Positions 30,314-41,143 of a stretch of 64,000 nt of DNA are shown piece by piece. The notes under the pieces were generated by a model. That model ran no database searches. It had not been told where the DNA came from and was given only the letters and a program-made list of their open reading frames with translations. The translations under genes were made by a program, and so were the position numbers. The stretch spans positions 54,099 to 118,098 of the forward strand of contig CAWGZN010000002.1 in NCBI GenBank assembly GCA_963827075.1, read 5' to 3'. How positions within the stretch are numbered: position 1 is the first letter of the stretch; each line of letters begins with the position of its first letter. The DNA comes from an uncultured Acidimicrobiia bacterium (GTDB lineage Bacteria > Actinomycetota > Acidimicrobiia > Acidimicrobiales > Ilumatobacteraceae).

Positions 30314-32089
30314 TCAGACCGGGGGGATCCCATGTCGACGGTCCGCGAAATGTCGGTTCCTTGTTCGCGCCAGGGCGAGCCGGCGGATCAGCTCGTCACG
30401 CAGCCGGGACGGGTCGATCACGGCGTCGATCACGAGCTCCGACGCCAGGCGGAGCAGGTCGACGTCGGTCTCGTACAACGCCCGCTGCTCGGCGACGAAC
30501 TGCTGGCGCTCGTCGGGGTCCTCGATCGCCGCGATCTTGTTCGCGTAGACGGCGTTGATCGCGGCCTCCGGCCCCATCACGGCGATGCGGGCCGTCGGCA
30601 GGGCGATCGTGGCGTCGGGCTCGAACGCCGGACCTGACATCGCGTACAAGCCGGCGCCGTACGCCTTGCGCACGATCACCGAGAACTTCGGCACCGTCGC
30701 CTCGCTCACCGCCGTCACCATCTTCGCCCCATGGCGGATGATCCCCTGGCGCTCGACGGCGGAACCGATCATGAAGCCGGGCACGTCGGCGAGGAAGATC
30801 AGCGGGAGATTGAACGCGTCGCAGCACCAGATGAAGCGGGCGGCCTTGTCGGCCGAGTCGACGAACAGGGTGCCGGCGAGATGGGCCGAGTTGTTGGCGA
30901 CGATGCCGACCGGCTGACCGGCGAGGCGCCCCAATCCGACGATCAGCTCGCGGGCGTAGAGCGGCTTGATCTCGAAGAAGCTGTGCCGGTCGACGATCCC
31001 GTCGATCATGACGTGCATGTCGAACGGCACCCGCTCGTCGGCCGGCACGACGTCGTCGGCGAGCTCGACCTCGGGCGGTTCGCTCTCGTACACCGGCGGT
31101 TCGTGGCGCCATGACCGCGGGAAGTACGTCAGGTACGCCCGGGCCTGGTCGATCGCGTCGTGGTCGTCGGTGGCGAGGTTGTCGGCGCAGCCCGACTGCG
31201 TCACGTGCATGCGGGCGCGATTCATGACGTGCATGTCGAACGGCACCCGCTCGTCGGCCGGCACGACGTCGTCGGCGAGCTCGACCTCCGGCGGCTCGCT
31301 CTCGTACACCGGCGGCTCGTGACGCCACGAGCGCGGGAAGTACGTGAGGTACGCCCGGGCCTGGTCGATCGCGTCGTGGTCGTCGGTGGCGAGGTTGTCG
31401 GCGCAGCCCGACTGCGTCACGTGCATGCGGGCGCCACCCATCTCCTCGAGCGTCGTGATCTCCCCGACGACCATCTCGGCCATCCGCGGCGAACCGAGGT
31501 ACATCGAGGCGTTGCCGTCGACCATGAACACGACGTCGCAGAACGACGGCACGTACGCCCCGCCGGCCGCCGACGGGCCGAACAGACAACACACCTGCGG
31601 GACCTGGCCGGACAGCCGCACCTGGTTGTAGAAGATCCGGCCGGCCCCGCGCCGCCCCGGGAACAGCTGGACCTGATCGGTCAACCGGGCGCCCGCCGAA
31701 TCGACGAGCCACACGATCGGGACCTGCTCGGCCAGCGCGGCCTCGGTCGCCCGCACCATCTTCTCGACCGTGCGGGCGCCCCACGATCCGGCCTTCACCA
31801 TCGGGTCGTTGGCGACCACGACGGCCGGCACGCCGTCGATCGTGCCCCGGCCGGTCACGACCCCGTCGGCCGGCAGCCCAGTCGCCATGGCGTTGGCCAG
31901 CACGGCGTCCTCGACGAACGACCCGGTGTCGAGGAGCAGGTCGATGCGCTCGCGGGCGGTCAGCTTGCCCTGGCCGCGGATCTTCTCCAGGGCCCGCTCG
32001 TCGGGCGTGAAGGCGCGTTGCACGGCCGCCTGGATCTGCTCGCGCATCGCCGCCAACGGTACGCGATCCTTCGTTCTGTCGGTCGCCAT
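30314..32089 (-). CDS. Acyl-CoA carboxylase carboxyltransferase (beta) subunit, methylcrotonyl/propionyl-CoA type, with internal 72-aa duplication
   Basis: Open 591-aa ORF with carboxyltransferase motifs (KLTARERIDLLLD, SAGARL, FGPSAAGGAY, FLADVPGFM.G...E..GIIRHGAKM). The residues MHVTQSGC...FDMHVMNRAR occur twice in tandem. The first 7 codons are read from repeat B3, so the start may instead be the ATG at 32047. Confidence 0.88.
   Translation of the reverse strand: MATDRTKDRVPLAAMREQIQAAVQRAFTPDERALEKIRGQGKLTARERIDLLLDTGSFVEDAVLANAMATGLPADGVVTGRGTIDGVPAVVVANDPMVKAGSWGARTVEKMVRATEAALAEQVPIVWLVDSAGARLTDQVQLFPGRRGAGRIFYNQVRLSGQVPQVCCLFGPSAAGGAYVPSFCDVVFMVDGNASMYLGSPRMAEMVVGEITTLEEMGGARMHVTQSGCADNLATDDHDAIDQARAYLTYFPRSWRHEPPVYESEPPEVELADDVVPADERVPFDMHVMNRARMHVTQSGCADNLATDDHDAIDQARAYLTYFPRSWRHEPPVYESEPPEVELADDVVPADERVPFDMHVMIDGIVDRHSFFEIKPLYARELIVGLGRLAGQPVGIVANNSAHLAGTLFVDSADKAARFIWCCDAFNLPLIFLADVPGFMIGSAVERQGIIRHGAKMVTAVSEATVPKFSVIVRKAYGAGLYAMSGPAFEPDATIALPTARIAVMGPEAAINAVYANKIAAIEDPDERQQFVAEQRALYETDVDLLRLASELVIDAVIDPSRLRDELIRRLALARTRNRHFADRRHGIPPV
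31007..31438. repeat. Tandem direct duplication, 2 x 216 bp, in-frame within the carboxyltransferase gene
   Basis: 31007-31222 and 31223-31438 align base for base. They differ at 31073, 31079, 31100, 31106, 31112, 31115 and 31130, plus the last few junction bases. ACGTGCATG occurs at both unit boundaries. Confidence 0.95.
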
Positions 32090-32123
32090 CGACCGAATCC
32101 GGCCGCTCCCGACCGACAGAACG
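32072..32123. repeat. Family B palindromic element, copy B3
   Basis: CGTTCTGTCGGTCG-N24-CGACCGACAGAACG. It lies between the FAH-family stop (32126) and the carboxyltransferase, and it contains the annotated ATG at 32087-32089. Confidence 0.85.
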
Positions 32124-32125
32124 GG

Positions 32126-32960
32126 TCAGCGGGTCACGCGGTTGACCAGCGTCCCGACCGCTTCGATCGTGATGCGGATCTCGTCCCCGACCTCGAGCGT
32201 GAACTCGTCCTCCGGTACGACGCCGGTGCCGGTCATCAGGTAGCAGCCGTTGGGAAACTCGTCCTCGCGGAACAGCCACTCGACCAGCGACGGCAGCGGC
32301 CGCCGGATGCGACTGATCGACGTCGACCCCGCGAACACCGACTGCCCGTCCCGCTCGATGGCCATCGCGATCGTGGTGTCGGGCGGCGGCAGCTCGGCGC
32401 TGACGATCAGCCGGGGACCGAGGGCTGCCGAGCCGGCGTAGATCTTGGCCTGCGGCAGGTACAGCGGGTTCTCGCCCTCGATGTCGCGGCTCGACATGTC
32501 GTTGCCGATCGTGTAGCCGAAGATGGCGCCCGCCGAGTTGACGGCGAGCGTCAGCTCCGGCTCGGGGACGTTCCAAGCCGAGTCGCCGCGGATGCGCACG
32601 TCCCCTCCCGGCGCGGCGACGCGGTGGGGCATCGACTTGAGGAACAGCTCGGGGCGCTCGGCGTCGTACACGCGGTCGTAGAACGAGCCACCGCCCGCGT
32701 CGCTCGACTCCTCGATGCGCGCCTCGCGGCTGCGCTCGTAGGTCACGCCGGCCGCCCACACCTCCTGGGACGCGATCGGGGCGAGCATCGACGACGGGAC
32801 GCCCGCGATCTCCTCACCGGCGGCGAACGCCTCGCGCGCCGCGCCGACTGGATCCGGCGACCGGAACAGATCGTCGAGCGTGAAGTCGCGCACGCGCCCG
32901 GACGACCCGACCCCCGTCCTCGATCACGAGGCCGTCAGCCGTGAGCGTGAGCGCGGTCAA
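32126..32960 (-). pseudogene. Fumarylacetoacetate hydrolase (FAH)-family protein; one frame switch near the 5' end
   Basis: The 255-aa ORF shows family features (VWAAGVTYERS, PELFLK, EPELTLAV, GYTIGNDMSSRD, MTGTG). The likely N-terminus LTALTLTADGLVIEDGG is in another frame from a TTG at 32960, with a TTGA overlap onto the permease stop. Confidence 0.75.
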
Positions 32961-33818
32961 CCGCGGACCGCCCCCGAGGCGAGCCCGCTCACGATCTGAC
33001 GCTCGGCGAAGACGTAGAACACCAGCGCCGGCACCATCGAGAGCGACGTGAACGCGAGCACCCGCGCCGTGTCCGACGAGTACTGCGTCGAGAAGTTGGT
33101 GACGCCGAGCGGCAGCGTCCACAGATCAGGGTCGCTGAGCACGATCAGCGGTAGCAGGAAGGCGTTCCAGCTGGTGACGATCACGAGGACCGAGACCGTA
33201 GCGAGCACCGGCCGCGAGAGGGGCATGACGATCGTCCAGAAGAAGCGGAACGAACCGCACCCGTCGATCGCCGCCGCCTCCTCGAGCTCGGCCGGGATGC
33301 TGCGGAAGAACGGGCGCAGCACGATGATCATCGTCGGCAGGGCGAACGCCGCCTGGGGGAGAGCGACGCCGAACCAACTGTTGATCAGGCCGAACGTCCG
33401 CAACGAGATGAACAGCGGCAGGATCGCCACGGCGACCGGGAAGAGCAGCCCGAGGGTGAAGAAGATGTACACCACTTCCCGCCCCTTGAACGAGAAGCGG
33501 GCGAGCACGAACGCCGCCAGCGACGCAGCCGGGACGACGACCGCCATCGTGATCGCGGCGATCAGGACGCTGTTGCGGACCTGTCGCCAGAACGTGCCGG
33601 ACGTGATGATCTCGCGGTAGTTCTCGAAGACCCACGGGTCGGGCAGGTCCACCGGCTGAGCCGAGATCTGCCCGGTCGTGCGGAACCCGCCGAGGACGGC
33701 GTAGATCATCGGGACGAGGACGACCAGGACGACCCCGATGGCGATGGCGTACATCACGACCCCGGGACAGCGTCCGGCGCATCGGGCGGCTGCGCACCAC
33801 GGGGGCGGCGATCACCAT
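32957..33818 (-). pseudogene. Carbohydrate ABC transporter permease (MalG/UgpE-like); one frame switch
   Basis: 266 aa are intact with the EAA loop (PAELEEAAAIDGCGSFRFFWTIVMPLSRP). The first ~20 codons from the ATG at 33818 are in another frame. There is an ATGA overlap with the upstream permease. Confidence 0.85.
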
Positions 33819-34758
33819 CAGACGGCGCCCATCCTCGTCAGTGCGCCCTGGACGTCGCGGCGCAGGACGAAGCGCTGATAGGCGAGCGCGATCACGAAGC
33901 AGAGCGAGAACACGATCACGGCAACGGCGCTGCCGTAGCCGAAGCGCGAGCGCTCGAAGCCGCGGTCGATCATGTACACGGCCATCGTGTTGGACGCGTT
34001 GACCGGGCCGCCGCCGGTCATCACCCACACCAGGTCGAACAGCTGCAGCGACCCGATGATCGACAGGAACACCGAGATCCGGATGGTCGGGCCGAGCAGC
34101 GGCAGGGTCACGTGGCGGAACGTCTTCCACTTGGTCGCCCCGTCGAGCGCCGCCGCCTCCTCCAGCTCGCGCGGGATCTGCTGCAGCCCGGCGAGGTACA
34201 GGATCATGTGGAACCCGAAGTACTTCCACGTGACCACGACGAAGACGGTGTAGAGAACGACGTCGGGGTTGGCCAGCCACTCCTGCGGAGAGCCCGCCGA
34301 GACCGATCGCGTCCAACGTGCTGTCGGCCAGCCCGTTGGGCTGCAGCAGCAGCCGCCACACGACCGCGGTGATCACCTCGGACAGCACGTACGGGAGGAA
34401 GAAGAGCAGCCGGAAGACCGCCCGGCCGCGGATCCGTTGATTGAGCAGCACCGCGAGCCCGAGGGCGAACGGCAGCTGGAGGATGAGCGACAGGACGAGG
34501 ATCAGGAAGACGTGCCGGATCGAGGCGAGGAACACCGGGTCGGAGAGCGCCTCGCGGTAGTTGTCGAGCCCGACGAAGTCGGTGAGCGGGGCCAGACCGT
34601 TCCAGTCGAAGCCGCTGTAGTAGATGCCCTGGACGATCGGCACGAGCACGAACAGCACGTACAGGAGCGACGCGCCGGGAGCAGGAACAGGACGATCGTC
34701 GTGCGTTTCCGCCACGCCGCCCCGACCCGGCCCTGGCCGCGCCCGCCGGCCGGAACAT
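33818..34758 (-). pseudogene. Carbohydrate ABC transporter permease (MalF/UgpA-like); frame-disrupted
   Basis: The C-terminal 139 aa are intact (PRELEEAAALDGATKWKTFRHVTLPLLGP). N-terminal segments (LLYVLFVLVPIVQGIYYSGFDWNG...FFLPYVLSEVITAVVWRLLL) lie in another frame. Switches occur near 34740, 34680 and 34290. Confidence 0.8.
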
Positions 34759-34766
34759 CCGTGCCC

Positions 34767-36242
34767 TCAGAAGAGCTGGGCGGCGGGCCGTAGGGAGCGG
34801 CCCGCCGCTCGATCGAGGCGGTCGCGCCGCTCAGGCCCTCGCGGCATCCGCGATCGTCTGGGCCACCTGCTCCGGCGGAGGCCTGCCCGGCGTAGAGCTC
34901 CGCCACCGCGTCGTTGATGACCGCGCCGAGCTCGGGCGGGTACGCCTGGTCGAGGTAGAGCTGCACGTACGACGCGTCGGCCCGGGCGTCGAGCACGCCC
35001 GTCAGGTTCGGGTCGGTGATCGAGCCGTCGGCGCCGATCGTGACGGGCAGGATCCCGCTGTTCGTCTCGCCCCACCGGTTGGCGACGTCGAGGCTCGTCG
35101 CGTACTGGAGGAAGTCGACGGCCTCGGGCGGAGCGTCCTTGCCGACGGCGAACCCGTTGCCCCCGCCGAAGACGTCGGTCGGCGCACCGGCGCCGCCCTC
35201 GACGGCCGGGAACGGGAACCAGCCGAGCTTGTCGCCGAGGCCCTCGCCGTCGGGCGAGTTGGCGTTCTGCGTGCCCGGCGCCCACTGCCCCATCAGGTGC
35301 ATCGCCGCGCCCTCGGTCGCGATCGTCGCGGCCTGCCCGCCGGCACCGTCCCACACGGCCGCCATGAAGCCGTCCTGGAACGGATCCATCTCGACCAGGC
35401 GCTGGAGCTCGGCGCCGGCCTGGACGAACGGTTCGGAGTCGAACGAGCCGTCCTCGCCGGCCTGCAGCATGGCGTCGGGTCCGCCGATGCGCAGCGCGAG
35501 GTACGCCCACCAGAACATGCCCGGCCACTTGTCCCCCTCGCCGAGGGCGAGCGGCGTGATCCCGGCGTCCTTCAGCGTCTGGACGTCCTCCAGGAACTCC
35601 TCCCACGTGGCCGGCGGGGCGTTGATCCCGGCCTGCTCGAACAGGTCCTTGTTGTACCAGAACCCGACCATGCCGAGATCGAACGGGATCCCGTACTGCA
35701 CGCCCGTCGACCTGGTACATGCCGACCGCCGCCTCGTTGAGGTCGCCGATCCAGGGCTCGACGTCGTCGGTGATGTCGCGGACCAGCCCGGCGTCGACCT
35801 GCTCCATCAGCCCGCCGCCGCCCCACGACTGGAAGAGGTCGGGCGGGTCGCCGGCCTGCAGGCGCGGGCGCGATCGCCGTCTTGAACGCCTCGTTCTCGT
35901 AGACGGTGATGTCGATCGTGACGTTCGGGTGCTCCGCCATGTACTCGTCGGCGACGTCCTGCCAGAGCGAGAGACCGGGGTCGTTGTTCTGGATGTGCCA
36001 CCACTCGATCTCGACCGGCTCGCCGGAGTCCGGGGCCTCCGTCGCCGGGGCTTCGGTCGCCGCGGGGGCTTCGGTCCCCGGGGCTTCGGTGGCCGGCGCT
36101 CGGTGGCCGGCGCGTCGGTCGCCGCGGGGGCGTCGGATGCCGGCGGGGCGGCGTCGTCATCGTCATCGTCGCCACCGCACGAGGCGGCGACGAGCGCGAA
36201 GGCGCCGAGCAACAGGGTGGTGCGAGCGAGCCGACGACGCAT
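34767..36242 (-). pseudogene. Carbohydrate ABC transporter substrate-binding lipoprotein (family 1); frame-disrupted, 3' end uncertain
   Basis: MRRRLARTTLLLGAFALVAASCGGDDDDDD lipobox, then a (T/A)EAP(A/G) linker. The segments EIEWWHIQNNDP, LQAGDPPDLFQSWGGGG and a 300-aa block (YGIPFDLGMVGFWYNKDLFEQAGI...) lie in three frames. Confidence 0.8.
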
Positions 36243-36315
36243 GATCGAGTCCCCCTTGTGAGCGTGCGAGAGCGGTCCCGCCGCCGAGCGTGGCACAGCC
36301 CGCGAGGCGTTGTCA

Positions 36316-36338
36316 ATCGTTATCGATATCGTTATCGA
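36316..36338. promoter_or_regulatory. Candidate operator: tandem 11-bp direct repeat ATCGTTATCGA-T-ATCGTTATCGA
   Basis: It is the only AT-rich, internally repetitive sequence in the 129-bp divergent region between the sugar SBP gene and the LacI gene. It is flanked by TGTCA/CGACA. Confidence 0.4.
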
Positions 36339-36371
36339 CACCGATCTACAGCGCGAGAGTATGCTCGCCCG

Positions 36372-37382
36372 GTGTCGCGCCGTCGAGTGACGATCGGGGA
36401 CGTGGCGGCCGAGGCCGGGGTCTCGATCGCCACCGTGTCGAAGGTGATCAACGATCGCTACGGCGTCGCCCCCGACACGTTCAGCCGGGTCAAGGCCGTG
36501 ATCGCCGAGCTCGGCTACGAGTCCAGCCTCGTCGCCCGCAGCCTGCGCAGCCGGCGCACCAACGTGATCGGCATCCTCGTCGCCGACATCGAGCCGTTCA
36601 GCGCCGAGCTGCTCAAGGGGGCGGCCGCGGCGATCCGCGGCAGCGACTACGAGCTGATCGTCTACTCCGGCAGCGGCCACGGCAAGGAGCACTCCGGCTG
36701 GGAGCGCCGCAACGTCTCCCGGCTGAGCGGCACGCTCACCGACGGGATCATCCTCGTCACCCCGACGGTCGACGACGTCGGGGACGCCGGGGTGATCGTG
36801 GCCGTCGACCCCCACGCCGGGCCGTCGAGCCTGCCGAGCGTGCACTCCGACAACCTCGCCGGCGCGATCACGGCGACCGAGTACCTCATCGGGCTCGGTC
36901 ACCGCCGCATCGGCTTCCTCGCCGGCCGGCCCGACCTGGAGTCGGCCCGGCTGCGCGAGCAGGGCTACCGCGACGCGCTGGCGGCCGCCGGCATCCCGTA
37001 CGACCCGGAGCTCGTCCGGGTCGGCGAGTACGAGCTCGAGACGTCGGAGGAGCCGGCCCGCCAGCTGCTCGAGCTCGCCGAACCGCCGACCGCCATCTTC
37101 GCCGCCAACGACCTCTCGGCGATCCAGACGATGAACGTCGCCCGCTCGCTCGGCCGGTCGGTGCCCGGTGATGTCTCGGTGATCGGGTTCGACAACATCC
37201 CGGAGTCCGCGCTCACCGAGCCGCCGCTCACCACCATCGACCAGTCGATCCAGCGGATGGGCCGCGAAGCCGTCGAGCTGCTCATCGACCTGATCGAGGA
37301 GCGCACCACCGAGCGTCCGGAGCAGATCACACTCCCGACCCGGCTCGTCGTCCGCCAGTCCTGTCGCCCGATCGCTCCATGA
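36372..37382 (+). CDS. LacI-family transcriptional regulator
   Basis: VTIGDVAAEAGVSIATVSKVINDRYGV HTH followed by a periplasmic-binding-protein-like domain. It is intact. The GTG start is at 36372 or 36387. Confidence 0.9.
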   Translation: MSRRRVTIGDVAAEAGVSIATVSKVINDRYGVAPDTFSRVKAVIAELGYESSLVARSLRSRRTNVIGILVADIEPFSAELLKGAAAAIRGSDYELIVYSGSGHGKEHSGWERRNVSRLSGTLTDGIILVTPTVDDVGDAGVIVAVDPHAGPSSLPSVHSDNLAGAITATEYLIGLGHRRIGFLAGRPDLESARLREQGYRDALAAAGIPYDPELVRVGEYELETSEEPARQLLELAEPPTAIFAANDLSAIQTMNVARSLGRSVPGDVSVIGFDNIPESALTEPPLTTIDQSIQRMGREAVELLIDLIEERTTERPEQITLPTRLVVRQSCRPIAP

Positions 37383-39771
37383 GCACGCTCGACGGGACCG
37401 CCGCGCCGGCGGGTGCGGCCGGTGCCGACGCCGCCTATCGCGACCCCGACCTTCCGATCGGTGAGCGGGTGGCCGACCTGCTCGGGCGGATGACGGTGGA
37501 GGAGAAGGTCGCCCAGCTCGGGAGCGCGTGGGTCTTCCAGCTCGCCGACGGCGCCGAGCTGGCGACCGAGCGAGCCGCCGGGCTGCTCCGCCACGGGCTC
37601 GGCCAGGTCACCCGCATCTCCGGCGCGAGCAGTCTCTGTGGACGGGACGCGGCCACCCTCGCCAACGCCATCCAACGCCACCTCGTCGACGAGACCCGCC
37701 TCGGCATCCCGGCGATCGTGCACGAGGAGATCTGCTCGGGCCTGATGGCCAGCGGCGCGACGATCTTCCCCCAGGCGATCGGGCTCGCCAGCACGTGGGA
37801 GCCCGCCTACGCCACCGCGCTCGCCGATGCCGTTCGGGTGCAGATGCGGACGATCGGCGCCCACCAGGGACTGTCACCCGTGCTCGACGTCTGCCGGGAC
37901 CCCCGGTGGGGACGCACCGAGGAGACGTTCGGCGAGGACCCCCACCTCGTCGCCCGCATGGGCGTGGCGTTCGTGCGGGGACTGCAGGGCGACGATCTCG
38001 CCGAGGGTGTGATCGCGACAGCCAAGCACTTCGTCGGCTACGGCGCGTCCGAGGGCGGGATGAACTGGGCGCCGGCCCATCTCGGTCGGCGCGAGCTCCG
38101 CGAGGTCTACCTGCACCCGTTCGAGGCCGCCGTGAGCGCCGCCCGTCTGCGCTCGGTGATGAACGCCTACACCGAGCTCGACGGGGTGCCGGCCGCCGCC
38201 GACCGCGGCCTGCTCACCACCACACTCCGCGACGAGTGGGGGTTCGCCGGTTGCGTCGTCGCCGACTACTTCTCGGTCCGCCAGCTCGCCGACTACCACC
38301 GGCTGGCCGCCGACGACACGGAGGCCGCGGCGATGGCGCTCGAGGCCGGGCTCGACGTCGAGCTCCCCGGCACCGACTGCTACGGGGAGCCGCTGCTGAA
38401 GGCGGTGCGCGAGGGCCGGGTGTCCGAGGCGACGCTCGACACGTCCGTCGCCCGGGTCTTGCAGTCCAAGTTCGAGCTCGGGCTGTTCGAGCGTTCGTTC
38501 GTCGACCCCGACGCGGTGGCCGCGGTCACCGACACCGCCGACCACCGCCGCCTCGCCCGCACGATCGCCGAGAAGTCGATCGTCCTCCTGCGCAACGACG
38601 GCGTGCTCCCGCTGCCGGCCGACGTCGGAACGGTCGCCGTGATCGGGCCCAACGCCGACCACGCCCGCCACCTGTTCGGCGACTACACCTACCCGGCCCA
38701 CGTCGAGTCGTTGATGGAGGTGCTGCGCAGCGGGCGCAACGTGTTCTCCATGCCGATCGACGACGACCATGCCCTGGACCCGGTCCAGTCCGACGCGGCG
38801 ACCGTCGTCGGTGCGCTGCGGGACCGGCTCGGCGCCGTGGTGCGCTTCGCCAAGGGGTGCGACGTCAACAGCCCCGACCGCAGTGGGTTCACCGAAGCCG
38901 TGGAGCTCGCCGCCCGGTCCGACGTGGTCGTGATGGTGATGGGTGACAAGGCCGGGCTCACCGACGACTGCACGAGCGGGGAGAGTCGCGACGTTTCAAC
39001 CCTCGACCTGCCCGGCGTGCAGGAGGACCTCGTCCGCGCCGTGATCGACACCGGCACGCCCGTCGTGCTCGTGCTCGTCGCCGGCCGGCCGCTGGCGAGC
39101 ACCTGGGTGCACGAGCACTGCCGAGCCGTTGTGCTGGCCTGGCTCCCCGGACAGGAAGGCGCCCACGCGATCGCCGACGTGCTGACGGGCGCCGTCAACC
39201 CCGGCGGCAAGCTGCCGATCTCGTATCCCCGGTCGGCGGGACAGATCCCGGTGTTCTACGGGCACAAGGTGTCAGGCGGTCGCTCGCACTGGAAGGGCGA
39301 CTACGTCGACTGGCCCGACGAGCCCGCTCTACCCGTTCGGCCACGGGTCGAGCTACACCACGTTCACGCTGACGGCAGCGACGCTCGCCGCGACGGACGT
39401 GTCGTGGCACGACGGTCATCGTCACGTCGGTCGACGTCACGAACACCGGAGCCCGGGACGGCGACGAGGTCGTCCAGCTGTATGTCCGCGACCCGGCGGC
39501 CAGCGTCACCCGTCCCGTGCTGGAGCTCAAGGGCTTCGTGCGCGTTGCGCTGGCCGCCGGTTCGTCGCGGACGGTCACGTTCGAGACGCCCGTCGGTCAG
39601 CTCGGTTACTACGACCGCGACCTCACGTACGTCGTCGACCCGGGCGAGATCGTCGTCTTCGTCGGCACCTCGGCGGCCGAGCTGATCGAGGTCGGGACGG
39701 TGACCGTGAGGGCTGACCCGACAGGTCGGCAACCCGCGAAGATGTACGAGGAAACGGTCACGGTCCGCTGA
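37379..39771 (+). pseudogene. GH3-family beta-glucosidase/beta-xylosidase; three clustered frame switches near the 3' end
   Basis: About 640 aa are intact (RISGASS..., GLSPVLDVCRDPRWGRTEETFGEDP, KHFVGYGASEGG, ...GESRDVSTLDLPG). The frame is lost about 39300-39420. The fibronectin-like C-terminus (VVQLYVRDPAASVTRPVLELKGF...) resumes in ORF 39517-39771. There is an ATGA overlap with lacI. Confidence 0.85.
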
Positions 39772-39779
39772 GCGAGGGG

Positions 39780-41123
39780 ATGCAGATGGACGAGTTCTTC
39801 ACCGACGTCACCGAACCGATCCGGTACGAGGGCCCGGACAGCGACGACCCCCTCGCCTTCCACTGGTACGAGGCCGACCGCGTCGTCGCCGGCCGGCGGA
39901 TGGAGGAGCACCTCCGCTTCGCGGTGTGCTACTGGCACTCCTTCAACTGGGACGGCTTCGACATCTTCGGCGCCGGCACCCTCGACCGCCCGTGGCACCC
40001 GACGTTCGCCCCCACCGCCGACCCGCTCGACGCGGCGAAGCGGAAGATGGCCGCCGCGTTCGAGTTCTTCACCAAGCTCGGCGTCCCCTTCTACTGCTTC
40101 CACGACCGCGACATCGCGCCCGAGGGCAGTTCGTTCAAGGAGTCCGCCGCCCTGCTCGACGAGATGGTCGACGCCGCCGCCGAGCACCAGGAGCGCACCG
40201 GGGTCGAGCTCCTCTGGGGGACGGCGAACCTCTTCTCCAACCCCCGCTACCAGGCCGGCGCGGCCACCAACCCCGACCCCGAGGTGTTCGCCTACGCCGC
40301 GGCCCAGGTCACCCACTGCCTCGAGGCGACGCACCGCCTCGGCGGTCACAACTACGTGCTCTGGGGCGGGCGCGAGGGCTACGAGACGCTGCTCAATACC
40401 GACCTGCGCCGCGAGCTCGAGCAGCTCGCCCGTTTCTTGACCATGGTCGTCGAGCACAAGCACCGCATCGGGTTCACCGGCACGATCCTCATCGAGCCCA
40501 AGCCCTTCGAACCGACGAAGCACCAGTACGACTACGACGTGGCCGCCGTGCACGCGTTCCTGCAGCGCTACGACCTGCTCGAGGACGTCAAGGTCAACAT
40601 CGAGGTGAACCACGCGACGCTGTCCGGCCACGACTTCGCCCACGAGGTGGCGATGGCCGTCAACGCCGGGATCTTCGGATCGATCGACGCCAACGCCGGC
40701 GACGACCGCCTCGGCTGGGACCTCGACCGGTTCCCGGTGTCGGTCGAGCAGATGACGCTCGGCATGCTGGAGATACTCCGCGGCGGCGGGTTCACCACCG
40801 GCGGGTTGAACTTCGACGCCAAGCTGCGCCGCCAGTCGATCGACCGCACCGACCTGTTCCACGGTCACATCGGGGGCATGGACACGATGGCCCGAGCACT
40901 GCTCGTCGCCGTCGCGATCATCGACGGCGGTGAGCTGGACGCCAACCGCACCGACCGCTACGCGGCGTGGAACGGCGAGCTCGGGCAGTCGATCCTCGCC
41001 GGCACCACCGACCTGCCGGCACTCCACGAGCGGGCGTTCGATCGCGGCGAGCCGGCCCGCGTGTCCGGTGGCCAGGAGCGCTTGGAGAACCTCGTCGCCC
41101 GCTACGTCGCCCGCACGCGCTAG
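39780..41123 (+). CDS. xylA: Xylose isomerase
   Basis: Intact 447-aa ORF with [52 protein letters not shown] and NIEVNHATL motifs. Confidence 0.95.
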   Translation: MQMDEFFTDVTEPIRYEGPDSDDPLAFHWYEADRVVAGRRMEEHLRFAVCYWHSFNWDGFDIFGAGTLDRPWHPTFAPTADPLDAAKRKMAAAFEFFTKLGVPFYCFHDRDIAPEGSSFKESAALLDEMVDAAAEHQERTGVELLWGTANLFSNPRYQAGAATNPDPEVFAYAAAQVTHCLEATHRLGGHNYVLWGGREGYETLLNTDLRRELEQLARFLTMVVEHKHRIGFTGTILIEPKPFEPTKHQYDYDVAAVHAFLQRYDLLEDVKVNIEVNHATLSGHDFAHEVAMAVNAGIFGSIDANAGDDRLGWDLDRFPVSVEQMTLGMLEILRGGGFTTGGLNFDAKLRRQSIDRTDLFHGHIGGMDTMARALLVAVAIIDGGELDANRTDRYAAWNGELGQSILAGTTDLPALHERAFDRGEPARVSGGQERLENLVARYVARTR

Positions 41124-41143
41124 CCCGCATGGGATGATCCGGC

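Noticed and set aside
31007-31438. Possibility that the 216-bp repeat pair is a diversity-generating retroelement template/variable repeat
   Set aside because: The 7 differences are not adenine-specific (g/c, t/c, g/a, c/g on the plus strand), all are synonymous, the repeats are directly tandem, and no reverse transcriptase is nearby.
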